This document shows, piece after piece, positions 1-11,658 of a DNA stretch of 64,000 nt. Under the pieces are notes generated by a model. The model ran no database searches and was not told the DNA's origin. It saw only the letters and a program-made list of their open reading frames with translations. The stretch is from the human T2T-CHM13v2.0 reference genome, Homo sapiens, in NCBI RefSeq assembly GCF_009914755.1, contig NC_060934.1, one strand, 5' to 3'. The position numbers and the translations under genes were made by a program. Within the stretch, counting starts at the first letter, position 1, and the number at the start of each line of letters is the position of its first letter.

Positions 1-1629
1 AATTAATTGGCTTTGCTCACATCTGCATCCTGACCAGGCATTTGAAGGAGTAGCTGCTGTTTACCAGTAACAGCCCCAGCTCATCATTCATCACCTTTTA
101 TAAAGGTTTGAGGAGGAAGAGGAATTTGGACTTCCTTGTAATAGCTGCCACCGTCTTCCCATGGCAACTTAAACAAAGTAGCCTTTTCTTAGATGAGACT
201 GTGCCAGACTGGTGAGTCTTGTGTTATAAAATATTATATGTTGCATATAATACAGACAGATAAAAGTTGTTGATTAGGAGAAATGTTGTGTTTTGACAGC
301 ATCACTGAACTGAAGATCTCCACCTCTGCAGAAAATGCATAGAGCCTTCTTTAAGATGCAGTGAACAGCTAGATGAATACACTGAATTATTTTTCCTCTA
401 ATATAGCTGATGGGATGAAAAAAGTTTGTTTCCTTGATCAAGACTGGGGAGTTAGGATGAGAAGCTTGAATTCCAAGGGTCCTTTTACCATGAAGGAAGT
501 GGTACATTGCAAAGGTATGTTTGTGGACAAGAGGGTACATTCATTCAGCTCTCCTTCATTTATAAGTCAAACAGAACATTTATAGAAAATGAAATGGTTT
601 CTATAAAGACCTAGCTTACAGTTTAAATGTGAGGTGGACCAAGATGGTGTTTGTGGTAGTGTTTTCTTCTGGAATGCTTAGTACATTGGGACAAATGAAG
701 CAGGATTAGCTGTGTGTCACGTTGTCCTGGGCAGGGCATGAGGAACCCCAAAGTACAAAATGTCAGTGGATTCAATTTGTGCTGCCAAACAAGAGTCACC
801 TCCAAATATTCTCCACACCTGCATGGAATTAATTTCCGTTCCCTATGTGTGATGGGAGAGAAATCACACACTTAATCTATATCATATGTCTTAGAAAAGT
901 TCCAGACAGACACCAGCCTGGAGTGAGAAATGTGGATTTTTCAGTGACTGATGTTTAAAGGGTAACATTTCCTTAGTTTCATAAAACAGAATGAAGGACT
1001 TTTTCGGGCCTGCTTTAAAGGAAATCTTGCAAGAGTCCCTGCTGGTGGAGAAAAAAACACCAGCAGTAGGAATACCTTCCTCTGATAACATGGTCTGTTA
1101 GCCCCAGTTTGACATGGTACACAGGTGAGTTGCTTAAAATAAATAAAAAAGTTCAGGATGAGGGGTACATGGGAAAGGAGCTTCTCTGCTCTTTGGCTAC
1201 CTGAAATGTGCACACAAAATGCTAATATTGGTGCATTTTATGAGTTCATAGCTTTTGTCAGATTCTCAAGTCCACGGACCAGAAAAGTTTAGGGCATGCT
1301 CACCACCTTCCATGACTGCAAATCTAAAACAAATTAGAAAAACAAATGTAAAAGAACTGTCAATAAACAGAAGAAATTATATATGGACTTTCACTAATAA
1401 TGAAATGGGAGTGGACTTTGCAAGCATGAAAGGAATGGGAAAATTCACAAAAGAAAAATTCAATATTCAAAACCAGAATTATTCTTATGCCAAAAAATCA
1501 TAACTAAAATTACATTAAAATATTTTTAAAAGAAACTTATAAACCAAGAAGAAAACCTCTACCTCTCAAACAGAAATAAATAGGCAAAGGATAGGAAAAG
1601 ACAAGTCACAGAACAAATACAGTGAACAG

Positions 1630-1804
1630 CAGTGGTATGCTTGAGCTGGCTGGTACTGGCTCATAACTGCCAGTTCCCTACTCCTCATTCAGTAATGTCA
1701 CACTAGTAGCTTGAAACTGGCCACAATGGGAAGTTTTATACCAGAGAAATCAGCTGTAAATCAGAATTTTTTTTTAAAAGGGCCAGTTTGCCAGCATACC
1801 ATTG
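1630..1804. mobile_element. hAT-type non-autonomous DNA transposon (MER63-like)
   Basis: Terminal inverted repeats cagtggtatgct / agcataccattg. The 5' end resembles the recalled MER63 consensus. Confidence 0.6.
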
Positions 1805-2289
1805 GCTAATGGATACATAAAAAGTAGTTCAAGTGTACCAGTAATCAAAAAAATACAAGGAGAAATGAGGTCTGGACAAGGTGGAATAAGTACATTTCAC
1901 CCTATTTCTCCTGCTAAGTGCAACAAAAATGTCTGGACATAAAGTATGCTGGCTAGGGATCTCAGAACTCAAGGAACTACCCAGTGGTGTGTTTGTGTGT
2001 GTGTGTTCTTTTATATATCTTGGCCTGGGCTCTGGATAGGCCCACAACTGGAAAAGCCTGCTATCTCGAGCCAAAAGACTAGAGAAAGAGCAGTCCAGAA
2101 ACACAGAAGTGTTTTGACCATACCTGACCTTACTCCAGCTCAACACTTGAAAAAAGCCATGCCTCCCTCCTGCTCCTCACCAGGCATCATAGCCTAGAGA
2201 CTGGCAGATCTCTACTTCTTGCAATAACATGCCACATCCCTTCCCTGGAACAGAGACTATGGGTAGAACTTTTAGTGGATTTCTCATCA

Positions 2290-3600
2290 CCATGGAGTCC
2301 AGAAGGAAGGGGAACAACATTTTTAAAGTACTGAATGGAGAAAACAGTCAACGCAGGATTCTATATCCAGCAAAACTATCCTCTAGGAATAAATACATTC
2401 TCAGATAAAGGAAAATGAAGAGAATTTGTCACCTACAGATTTGCTTTAAAAAATGGCTAAAGAAAGTTTTTCAGACAGAAAATAATAAGCAAAGTTAAGT
2501 TTTAAAGATTATGTTTGGCTGAAAGCAAAATTACAACATCTGCAGTGACTCTCAGTACACATAAAGGTAGTATTTAAGACATCTGTATTATAAAAGGAAG
2601 AGGAAAAGCGACCTAAAAGGTGATAGTTTCTGTATTCTACTTAAAGTGAAGAAATATTGACTAGTAGACTGTGATAAAGTAAGTACATACATACTGTAAT
2701 CTTTAGAGCAGTGGTTTTCAATCAAGGGAGGTTATGCCTTTCAGAGGACATTTTGGCAATGTTTGGAAACATAATTACACATGTTACTTCCATCTAGTTG
2801 ATAGAGGCCATGGATGCTGCTAAACATTCTACAATGCATAGGAAAACCCCACATAACAGAGTATTCAGTACAATATGTCAAAATGCTGAGGTTGAGAAAC
2901 TGCCCTAGTGTAATCATACAAAAAAAATACAAAGATATATACTCAAAAACATAAATGCAGATAAATCAATATGGAATACTAATCTACAGGAACACAGAAA
3001 AAGCACAATGAAACAAAAACCAGAGAGAACAAACAGAATAATATTAACATGGTAGACTTAAATCCAAACATATCAACAATTGCATTAAATATGAATGTTC
3101 TAAACACACCTATTAAAATATAGTGACTGGCTAAATGGATGAAAAAATCTATATGCTGTCTACAAGAAACGCTTTTCAAATGTAATTCCATAGGTATGTT
3201 AAAAGGATGGAAAAATTCATACTTTGCTTTTTATCCTGTTTTTAGAAGTAACCATTTCTGTTTGCTGCAATCATGAATGACGTTTCCTATTGTGAAATAT
3301 CATTCATGATTGCAAAAAGACAACACTAATACTAATCAAAATAAAACTGGAGTGGATATAATAATATCAGATAAAGTAGATTTTAGAACAAAGATTACCA
3401 GAGCTAAACAGAGACATGACATAATGATAAAAGGGTCACTTTACTAAGATGACACAACAATCCTAATTGTGTGTATCGCAAACAACAGAGCTTCAAAATA
3501 CATGAAGCAAAAACTGATGAACTCAAAGGAGACACAATTATAGTGGAAAAGTCCAACATCTCCTCTTGGTAACTGACAGAACTACTAGACAGCAACAAAT
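2290..3600 (+). mobile_element. Old L1M fragment (ORF1 end to ORF2 start), interrupted by MER20 and a local insertion
   Basis: L1-like motifs: attctatatccagcaaaactatc, atatgctgtctacaagaaac, taatatcagataaagtagatttt, cttcaaaatacatgaagcaaaaactga. Confidence 0.7.
2709..2902. mobile_element. MER20 (hAT-Charlie MITE)
   Basis: Ends cagtggttttcaa ... gttgagaaactg. Internal gatgctgctaaacattctacaatgca. Charlie-like flanks ctttagag / ccctagtg. Confidence 0.75.
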
Positions 3601-4474
3601 TGAGATATTTTGTTGTATTTATCAAACTGGTAAAAGTTAAAATTTAGTGTTAGCAAAGTCATGGTGAGAAAGACAATAACAATGTGGGAACGCAAATGTA
3701 TATGAGTTCTGAAAAAATATTTTTATATTATGAGGCTTAAAATGGTCATACAATCTTTCAACCCAATATTTTACTTTTAAGAATCTCTCCTAGGGGAATA
3801 AAGAGGTCCCAAGATTTACCTCTCTAGAACTTTCTAACAGCAAAAAATGACACATCAATACATGCCCAATAATTTGCAAGTACTTAAACGTTTATATTCA
3901 AGTATAGTGTTATTATTAAATAGGATTTTTAATGCCATTGTAAATGGGACTAATTTTTAAGGCAAAACAAAGCAGCATATAAAACTGTGTACAAATAAAT
4001 TATGTTAAAATACACAATTATAAACAAAAAATATTAATAGCAGTGAAAAATTACCAGTGATTATCTCCTACTTATTTGCTTGTTTTCTCCTCCCTTCAAG
4101 TTTTCTATTGTGAAATATCATTCGTTATTGCAGCAAACAGAAATGGTTACTTCCAAAAACAGCATAAAAATGAGATGATATACATAAACAATACAGTGCT
4201 AAGTTTGGTACGGAGACACTCTGTATATAGGTGGTATAGTTCTTGTAAATAATTTTGAAATAAAATGATGAGAGAGTATAACTGATGCTTCTTAGGGTGA
4301 CCATCTGTCTTAGATTGCCTGTCTCTATTTTACTGTACAGGCCTAATTATTACTAGTCCCTCTGCTATTCTCAATAGTGTCATCGTTTAGTTGCATGAGT
4401 GGTCTAACTATTCAAATACTTAAAAAATTATAACTAGTAAATTAAAATATGTGACACTCTTATTATTTATACTC

Positions 4475-4620
4475 CAGGCACCAAACTAACTGCTTTATGT
4501 GGATTATCTCATTTAACCATCTGAGTAGCTGAATTATCTCCATTTTACAGAGGCACCGAGAAGTTAAGCAACTTATCTAAGCTCACACATTAACAAGTAG
4601 CAGAATCTGGATTTGAACTA
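4475..4620 (-). mobile_element. MIR
   Basis: Core attatctccattttacagagg...aagttaagcaactt...ggatttgaac. Confidence 0.7.
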
Positions 4621-4650
4621 CATCCTATCATATTAGTACTGAAAGCATAC

Positions 4651-4830
4651 CTGGGCCTGCCTAAGTGCAGGCTTGGCTGGCAGGGGTCTGGCAGGGACGC
4701 TAGGTGCACGTGGGGCCCGGTGGAGGGGAGGAAGCACTCGCTGAGTTGACTGGGGCTGAGGGACATTCAGGCCGTTGAGGGGTCTGCTGATGTCAACATT
4801 CTGACACTGCAGCAATCTCCTGGGATTGTC
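4651..4830 (-). CDS. ADAM12: ADAM12-L exon ~21: Pro-rich cytoplasmic tail with PxxP SH3-ligand motifs (DNPRRLL...PSVPARPLPAKPALRQAQ)
   Basis: Inside ORF 4633..4872. Acceptor ctgtacag|, donor |gtatgc. 180 nt. The remaining exons lie left of the window. Confidence 0.96.
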
Positions 4831-5384
4831 CTGTACAGTCAAAGTAAAAAGCCATGCTATAGCGGGTTTCAAAAATATCAGTAACTCCTTAAGGAAAAAG
4901 CAGTGCTAACTCATCTGTTATAGCTGAAGGCCAAGGTGGGGTAAAGGAAAGAAATCAAGGATGTACACAAGAGGGGAATTATTTTTGTATTTATTTAAAC
5001 TTCAAAATTCAAACAGAAGCATCACCTGCCTCCACCCCGCCAAATCTGGAGTAGAAGGATCGATTTTTGTTTAGATTTTAAAAAACTGTTTAACAAATAG
5101 GTGCAAAGCACTTGAAAAAGTACCAAGTATAAAGAAAGACACGGACCGAGATCTTAGGGAAGTTACAAAAGAGATGTGAAAATAAGATACAGCTTAATGT
5201 GTTCAAGGCTCAATGAGAACTGAGAAAACCACTGGGGAAAGGAGAGTTGCGGCTTCAGGAAGCCAGGGCTGAGGTTGGGGCTTGGAGTTGGAGACGTTCT
5301 CCCATATGGTAACCCTTGTTCTTAGAACAGGTGCTGCAGGGACCCTTATACCTCAGGCTTCTACCCCTTCCTTCCTCTCTTTCT

Positions 5385-5790
5385 AAAAACAGCTTAATTG
5401 AGGTATAGTTGACATAAAGTATACAACTTGGTCATTTTTTGACGTGTTTACACCCATGAAACCCTCACAACAAACAAGTGGACAAATGAATGCATCCATC
5501 ACCCCAAAGAGTTTTCTTGTCATGCTTCTCCCTTCCCTCTCCCTCCAATCATCAGTCTGCTTTCTGTCACTATCAGTTTGCATTTGTCAGAATTGTATAT
5601 AAGTGGGATCACAGAGTATATACTCTGGCTTTTCTTCTTTTACTCAGAATAATTATCTAGAGATTCATCCTCAATGTTGTATACATCAATGGTTCATTCC
5701 ATTGTGCAAATATACCATTGTTTATCCTTTTACTGGTTGATGGATATTTGGATTGTTTCTAGTTTGGGGCTCTCAAAAATAAGGCTGTGC
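5385..5790 (-). mobile_element. Old L1M 3' fragment
   Basis: Motifs cagcttaattgaggtatagttgaca, gagattcatcc, gatggatatttggattgtttctagtttgggg. Confidence 0.7.
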
Positions 5791-6748
5791 TTTTTTTTTT
5801 TTTTTTTTAATAGAGCTGCATTTTTCTTTTTTACGAAAATGAAGATGTGCTTTTGGCTACCACACAAAGCCGTTCTCGCTTATGGTTCCACCTTTGGGGA
5901 CGAGCAGGGGTAAAGCTTATTGGGAATGGCAGCCTCCTCCTTGGAGCCCCACCCTTTGCGTTTTTTGGATCAAGGGAGTTAAAACAGTTTATTGCCTACT
6001 GCATATGCAGCAATGATTTTTCAATCACTTATTTTTTTTGACACCAATCTTGTTCACTGTTATAATTTGGACTCTTGTTGACTAAGTTCAATATTCAAGA
6101 ATTCTTGTGGGTACATCAGAAAAACTCGGTGGGGAAGAACTATTAGAATGAACTCTAGCTGTAATTCACCAGGGTAGCAAGAGGGTTAAGAGACAGCAGG
6201 GAGCCGTGAGGTACTCTGGGTTAAGGATCCAGTTCTCTGAAACCACAGGGTGGACAGGGCTTCCTCAGCTCAGGGCTGGAGCAAAATGGTCAATTCTGAG
6301 AGCTCCATGTAACTTTTGAAAAATATTTTAAGAGTAACAGTGGGCTAAAGCAGCTCACCTAAAGCCAGGTGGTGGCATTTGGAAACCATGGTGGGGCTGG
6401 CATTGGGGGCTGGTGTCAGGAGCCAGCTCGGGCTGCAGACCCAGTGGGGCCCCAGAAATGTGGCTGGTCTGGGTGACTGAAGGGATCACAGCTCACACTA
6501 TGCTGCACCATATCATGCAGGGGGCACTGAGTGCGCCAACAGGATCTAGGTGGGCTTCCATGGGGGCACCGTGGGGCCTCCCTCTGGCCCCAGATCACAG
6601 AGACCCTCCCTCAGAGCCTGTTGACCTAGTGAGGCTGACTCAGCATTTCACAGGCAGCGCCTCTAGGATCCCATTCTTATTCAGTCTCGTATTGAAAACC
6701 TCATGTCTGCATGTGTGCCCTGAGCACTCACATCTACTCAAGACTCAC

Positions 6749-6857
6749 CTTCGGTGGGTAGGAATCTGGCGGCTTCCTCATCAGGCCTTTTCCAAGGTGG
6801 CCGAGGTGAGCCTGACAGGGTTGGAAGCCACGGGGTGGCCGGGAAGGGCGCACACAC
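6749..6857 (-). CDS. ADAM12: ADAM12-L exon ~20: cytoplasmic tail (CVRPSRPPRG...PDSYPPK)
   Basis: Manual translation. Acceptor ctgttgcag|, donor |gtgagt. 109 nt = 1 + 36 codons. Confidence 0.95.
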
Positions 6858-7449
6858 CTGCAACAGAATCCCATACCTGCTGACCAAGCGTGTTTCCCCT
6901 TCTCACTGACTTGACTTTTTACACTTTGCTCATAGTGGCACTCAAAAGACAGTTTACTTAACTCAGTGTGCTAAACATGCAAAGGAAAAATTACCTAATA
7001 ACACTCTTAGGAGATTAAAAAATAAATACTGGTTTTTCCCTCAAAACCTCTATTTTGTCAAATTAGTTCTCACGCTCCATAGAAATGCAGTGTAGTGACA
7101 CCTGGAAGATGATTTGTATGAAGCTGGCATTTCAGCGATAATGTCTTTGAATATATTTGGATCAAAAGCTACCCCATCTGATGAAAATATTTCAATGTCT
7201 CCATGTTGTATAAAAATTACTAATATAAGGGTGGGAGAAAACACATCAGTGGAATTTCCTGACACCCTGCTAGCTTATGTAATAAGCAGCACATTGTTGT
7301 TTGAAGGGAAGTAAAGGAGGCAGCTGATCTGGCAGAAATTTAAAACAAGAAACCCCCCAAAAAAGAACCAAGTCCCAGGTTTATGATCCAGAAAATCTGA
7401 CCTTTGCTAAAAAAATGAAGTGAGAAGCAGTTTGCTGTACATTTTCTGA

Positions 7450-7756
<307 letters not shown>

Positions 7757-7803
7757 TCTGAGCCACCATTTCTAGAACAGATGACAAGCTAAACCCAGGG
7801 TAC

Positions 7804-7939
7804 CTTAGTTTTTCAATGGTGGTCTTCTTATTTGTAAACAGCAGTCGTATCAAGGTCTTCCTTTTGAGATAAACCACAAATCCGGCAGCAAGAAGACACA
7901 GGATGGTCACCAGAATTCCTATGGTTAAACCTTGGTTAT
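7804..7939 (-). CDS. ADAM12: ADAM12-L exon ~19: transmembrane helix ([28 protein letters not shown]...EKL)
   Basis: Inside ORF 7578..7964. Acceptor tttgtttcag|, donor |gtaccc. 136 nt. Hydrophobic stretch followed by KRK stop-transfer residues. Confidence 0.97.
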
Positions 7940-9853
7940 CTGAAACAAAACACATGGGGCTCACAGAAGGAGGCAGTTACAATGAAATATGGGAGGTATC
8001 AAGTTGTGACGTTTATGGCAAAGTGAACTCTGAAGCAACAGAAATGAAGAGAGTACACCCGTGAGTGATGTACTAATAAACTGTCTTACTTCAGATGCCA
8101 TGTTTGAGGTTCAATCTATGTTACCATCATTCATTTCTGACAACTCTAGAACTTGCTAAACAGGAATATATAGTCGGGTAGGTGGGGTGATGGTCTGGAC
8201 CACGCAGGTTCCCTGAGGCGTGACAACGGCACAGTGGACCATGGTAGCCACAGAAGGTAGCAGGGAGCCATCACTGAAGCCTCACTGGAATCACAGCCAT
8301 CCCCAGGCTCAAATGTTTCCAGTCCCCAGCGCAGATTTGCCATTCCAAAGTGCTTTTCTTTACTCATTCTGTAGTTGGGTTCTGCTTTATCTCTTTTCGT
8401 GTTTTTAAAAAATGAATTGCTTTCTTGCTGGACATCTCAAAGTAGATAGTGAAAAAAGAGAAAGAAAACTCATTTAAATGAAACACCCATGGGTTTTGCT
8501 TTGTTATGTTGGGGACTTAAAAACACAGCCTTTGTGGGGGAAACCCTTTTCCTGGGAGGAAGCTATTTTCTCTATGAAAACATCTTCTTTTCTATGACCT
8601 GCTGCCATTTTGTTTAATACAGTTAAGAGCCTCCTCAAGGGTAGGGAAAGGAAGGAAAAAAATCAAACCATCAGGTTGGTTTCTTACAGTAGCTATGGTC
8701 AGCGGCTGTCTGGGAAGGACTCTAAATGCTCAGACTTAGAGGAGGTCTACCTGTGATTTCAACTGGACAGTGAATTTTTAGAGGACAGGGATCTTGATTC
8801 ATTTGTCTTCCCATCAGCAAGGATCAGGGTGTACTTCACATCAGGTAAGTGTGCAACAGTCCTTTCCGGCTGCTGGTGATCGCCGTGATGCAGTTACCTG
8901 GGCTCTCCTCGGCCCTGCCTCCCACCTGGACCCTCAGCTGGCTGTGGATCACTGCAGCAGCAGCTCCTACTCCAGGGAAAGAATGTCTTTCACACCTTCT
9001 TGGTTTCTGGACCCCATCCCCCACTAACAAGGCCTATCAGGGATGTGTCTTAGCCTAAGCAAGACAGCCAACAGATGACAGTCTTGACTTACTTGTTGGT
9101 GTTACTGGAAAAGCATTGCTTCTGGTTTCCTGGGCAAAATGTCACTCTTTTCAGACCCTTAGCAGTGATCACAGGGGGCTCTAGCTAGAGTTCTGGTGTC
9201 TCATAACAAAGTTAATTAAAGTTAATTTAAAAAGTGAACAGCAAAAATCTTGAACTATAATTTCTAGTTCCATAAAGTGAATCCATAAATCTTCAATACA
9301 TCAATCTATGAAACTGAACATTTACAGGGCCCCCACACTGAACCTGCTGAACTCCCCAGGGTTGCTCAAGCCAGAGGCCCGGGCAGTGACTGACTCCATT
9401 TCCCTCTTCCCCAGGACCAGCACGAGCACCGTGTCCTGTGTCCCCTCCTGTTGGCCCAGTCCGCACTCTAGAATCTGAGCCCAGGCCAGTCCACACTCCT
9501 CTAGATCTTCGCACAGCCAGCTATCTCGGCTTCAGAATGCATGTTTCCCTCGCCCCCTTCAGACCTCAACAGATGCAGGGTCCCCAGGAGCCTTCCTGAC
9601 AACCCCCTGCCGCTCTGTGGGGGTTGCTCCCCTCCCATGATGCCCTCTCTCCCTGCAGTCGTACCCCTCACTTACGCCATGTCATTCTTGCTTAGTGTCT
9701 CTCCAGGACCCAGGAGAGTGGCTGGTGTGTGGCAGACACACGAGTACTTGTTTAATGAGCCCCTGAGCCATGGCCAGGCCAGGGAGCAGTGAGCCATGCT
9801 TGCTCATGGCCTGCCTTGATTTTATATATGTATGAACAGGGTGGAGGCAGCGG

Positions 9854-10641
9854 TATTTCAAATGCACTCTATTTTATGCAGTAATGGCCACGGGGGATGG
9901 AGTTAGGCTCTTACATTGTTTTCACTTTTTAACATTCTTACTTGTTAAATGAAGGGTTGGTGACTCTGTGGGTTCCCTGGCTTTCTGCAAACCCTCAAAC
10001 CTGAGTACTGCTGGTCACGCATGTCCACAGCAAAGAGCCGGAGTTCACCGCCCTTTCTCCTACCTTCTTCTCCAGTTTGTTTCAATGCCATTCAGTTTGC
10101 TTGGATGGAGATGGAATGGGTGGCAGGGTCTCTGATAAATTAAAAACTAAAACCCTGCTATTTTCATATAATAAATGCTAAAAGCCATATCAGAGCATTA
10201 AGTTGCAGCCAGAGACCAGTCATCAGGGCTGCCAAGGCTGAGGTGTCACTGGGGAAAGGGGACACTGGGCCCAACCCTTGCTTCTCCCCCACTGCTGTGG
10301 AGGCTCAGTGAAAGGCCAGACTTTTGAGTCCTCTTCCTCCTTGCTGCAGGGCTGGGGCCTGCCAGAGTGGTAACCTGCTACTCTCTCAGGAGCAGCACTG
10401 AAGCATGTCCATGTTTTAGCAGAAGCTCAACCAGGAAGTCGCTGCCCTTCCTTGCACTGTTTCTGCAGACGTGCCTGGTAGGCTGGACTTCCCCTCCTGA
10501 GCCCCGAGAACTGTGTTGTGTCTGTTGTCATGGAAACGATGGCAAAGCCACAGAGTCAATGCTGCCAGTCACAGGAGGCCTTGGGGACGCGTGACCTCCT
10601 CTGCAGCAGCACTGGTCACGGTCTCCATGTCATGGGAGGGC
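9854..10641 (-). other. ADAM12: Probable 3' UTR of ADAM12-S; end approximate
   Basis: Lies downstream of the S-isoform stop. No canonical AATAAA seen nearby on the minus strand. Variant hexamers are CATAAA at 9873-9878 and ATTAAA at 9751-9756. Confidence 0.5.
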
Positions 10642-10745
10642 TCAGATGAGTGTCAGTGAGGCAGTAGACGCATGCTCCTGCGATCCCACGGGCTCCTGGC
10701 CCTGGCCGCGCTCCCTGTTGGACTCTGCAGCTTCCTGCCTTGCTT
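10642..10745 (-). CDS. ADAM12: ADAM12-S (secreted isoform) alternative terminal exon, coding part (EARQEAAESNRERGQGQEPVGSQEHASTASLTLI*)
   Basis: 3' end of ORF 10642..10833 matches the recalled 34-aa ADAM12-S C-terminus. Phase-1 join G|AA with exon 18. TGA at 10642-10644. Confidence 0.92.
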
Positions 10746-10904
10746 CTTTCCCTCGAAAAGAGGCATCATTTAGACTTGCCCCTGAATTGCCCAATAAGAA
10801 CTCAGAGAAAACAGCACCGCACCAGTAAACCATTTCTAAAGGTCATCCGAGGAGAAATGGCCACGAGTTCAAGCACAGCTGCTACTAAGAGCTTCTTGGG
10901 GGAC

Positions 10905-11100
10905 AGGCAGACCTGTGTGTGTGTAAATCTTAGCGAGATCACATTAGGCAAAATACTTAACTTCCCTGAGCCTCAGGTCCTAGGTATGTGAGAAAAGAAT
11001 CATACCACCTTCTTCAGAGTTGTATAAGGAGGGGATGACATCGTGGGCATAAAATGCACCACACAGCACCTGCACACATCATTCCATATGCAAAAGCTGT
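10905..11100 (+). mobile_element. MIR (degenerate)
   Basis: Core ttaggcaaaatacttaacttccctgagcctcag. Confidence 0.55.
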
Positions 11101-11549
11101 TGCAATGACTCCCACTGCTGCCGTGACTGTCACCTTTCCTAAGAGGTGGGTGTCTTTCCAGTAAGATTTTTAAAAGGCATTAAACTTCACACCTTGTCAC
11201 CCTACCACACAGATGTCGGCCTTTACAAAGTACTTTGATACAGTGATGACATTCATACCCATTCAGCAGTTCACTATAGAAATGACCTTAGTTAAGAAAA
11301 GTGTCGCAGGCTAAGGAACTGGCAAACTCAGCCACTCAGTCAAAGCAGAGAGCAAGGAGCCTCAGAGAAGATCGGGCAGGGATGAGAGGGGCATCTGGAA
11401 ACTGCGGGAGACCCTAGGCTGTGTAGACCCATGTGGGGTCCCCACTGGGTTTCTTGTTGGCTCTACCTGCACCCATGCTGACAGCTGGCGAGCCCACCCG
11501 CCCCCAGGTGCTCAGCCTCCTCCCACCGGGATGCAGGGGCTTCACTGAC

Positions 11550-11658
11550 CTGCTTGCCGGATGGGGCCGCTGTCTGTGCTTCCTCCAAAGCCAAACTTGT
11601 CACAGAAGGGAGGTGCCCAGTGGGCCTCGCAGTGGCAGTTCTTCCTGTTGTTGCACAC
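11550..11658 (-). CDS. ADAM12: ADAM12 exon ~18: EGF-like domain ([19 protein letters not shown]...[12 protein letters not shown]); last exon shared by L and S isoforms
   Basis: Manual translation. Acceptor gccctgaaag|, donor |gtcagt. 109 nt = 36 codons + 1. Confidence 0.96.

Noticed and set aside
5790-6070. Unique-looking sequence next to a poly-T, as a possible processed pseudogene
   Set aside because: No TSD, no recognisable ORF or parent gene; the T-run borders an old L1 fragment.
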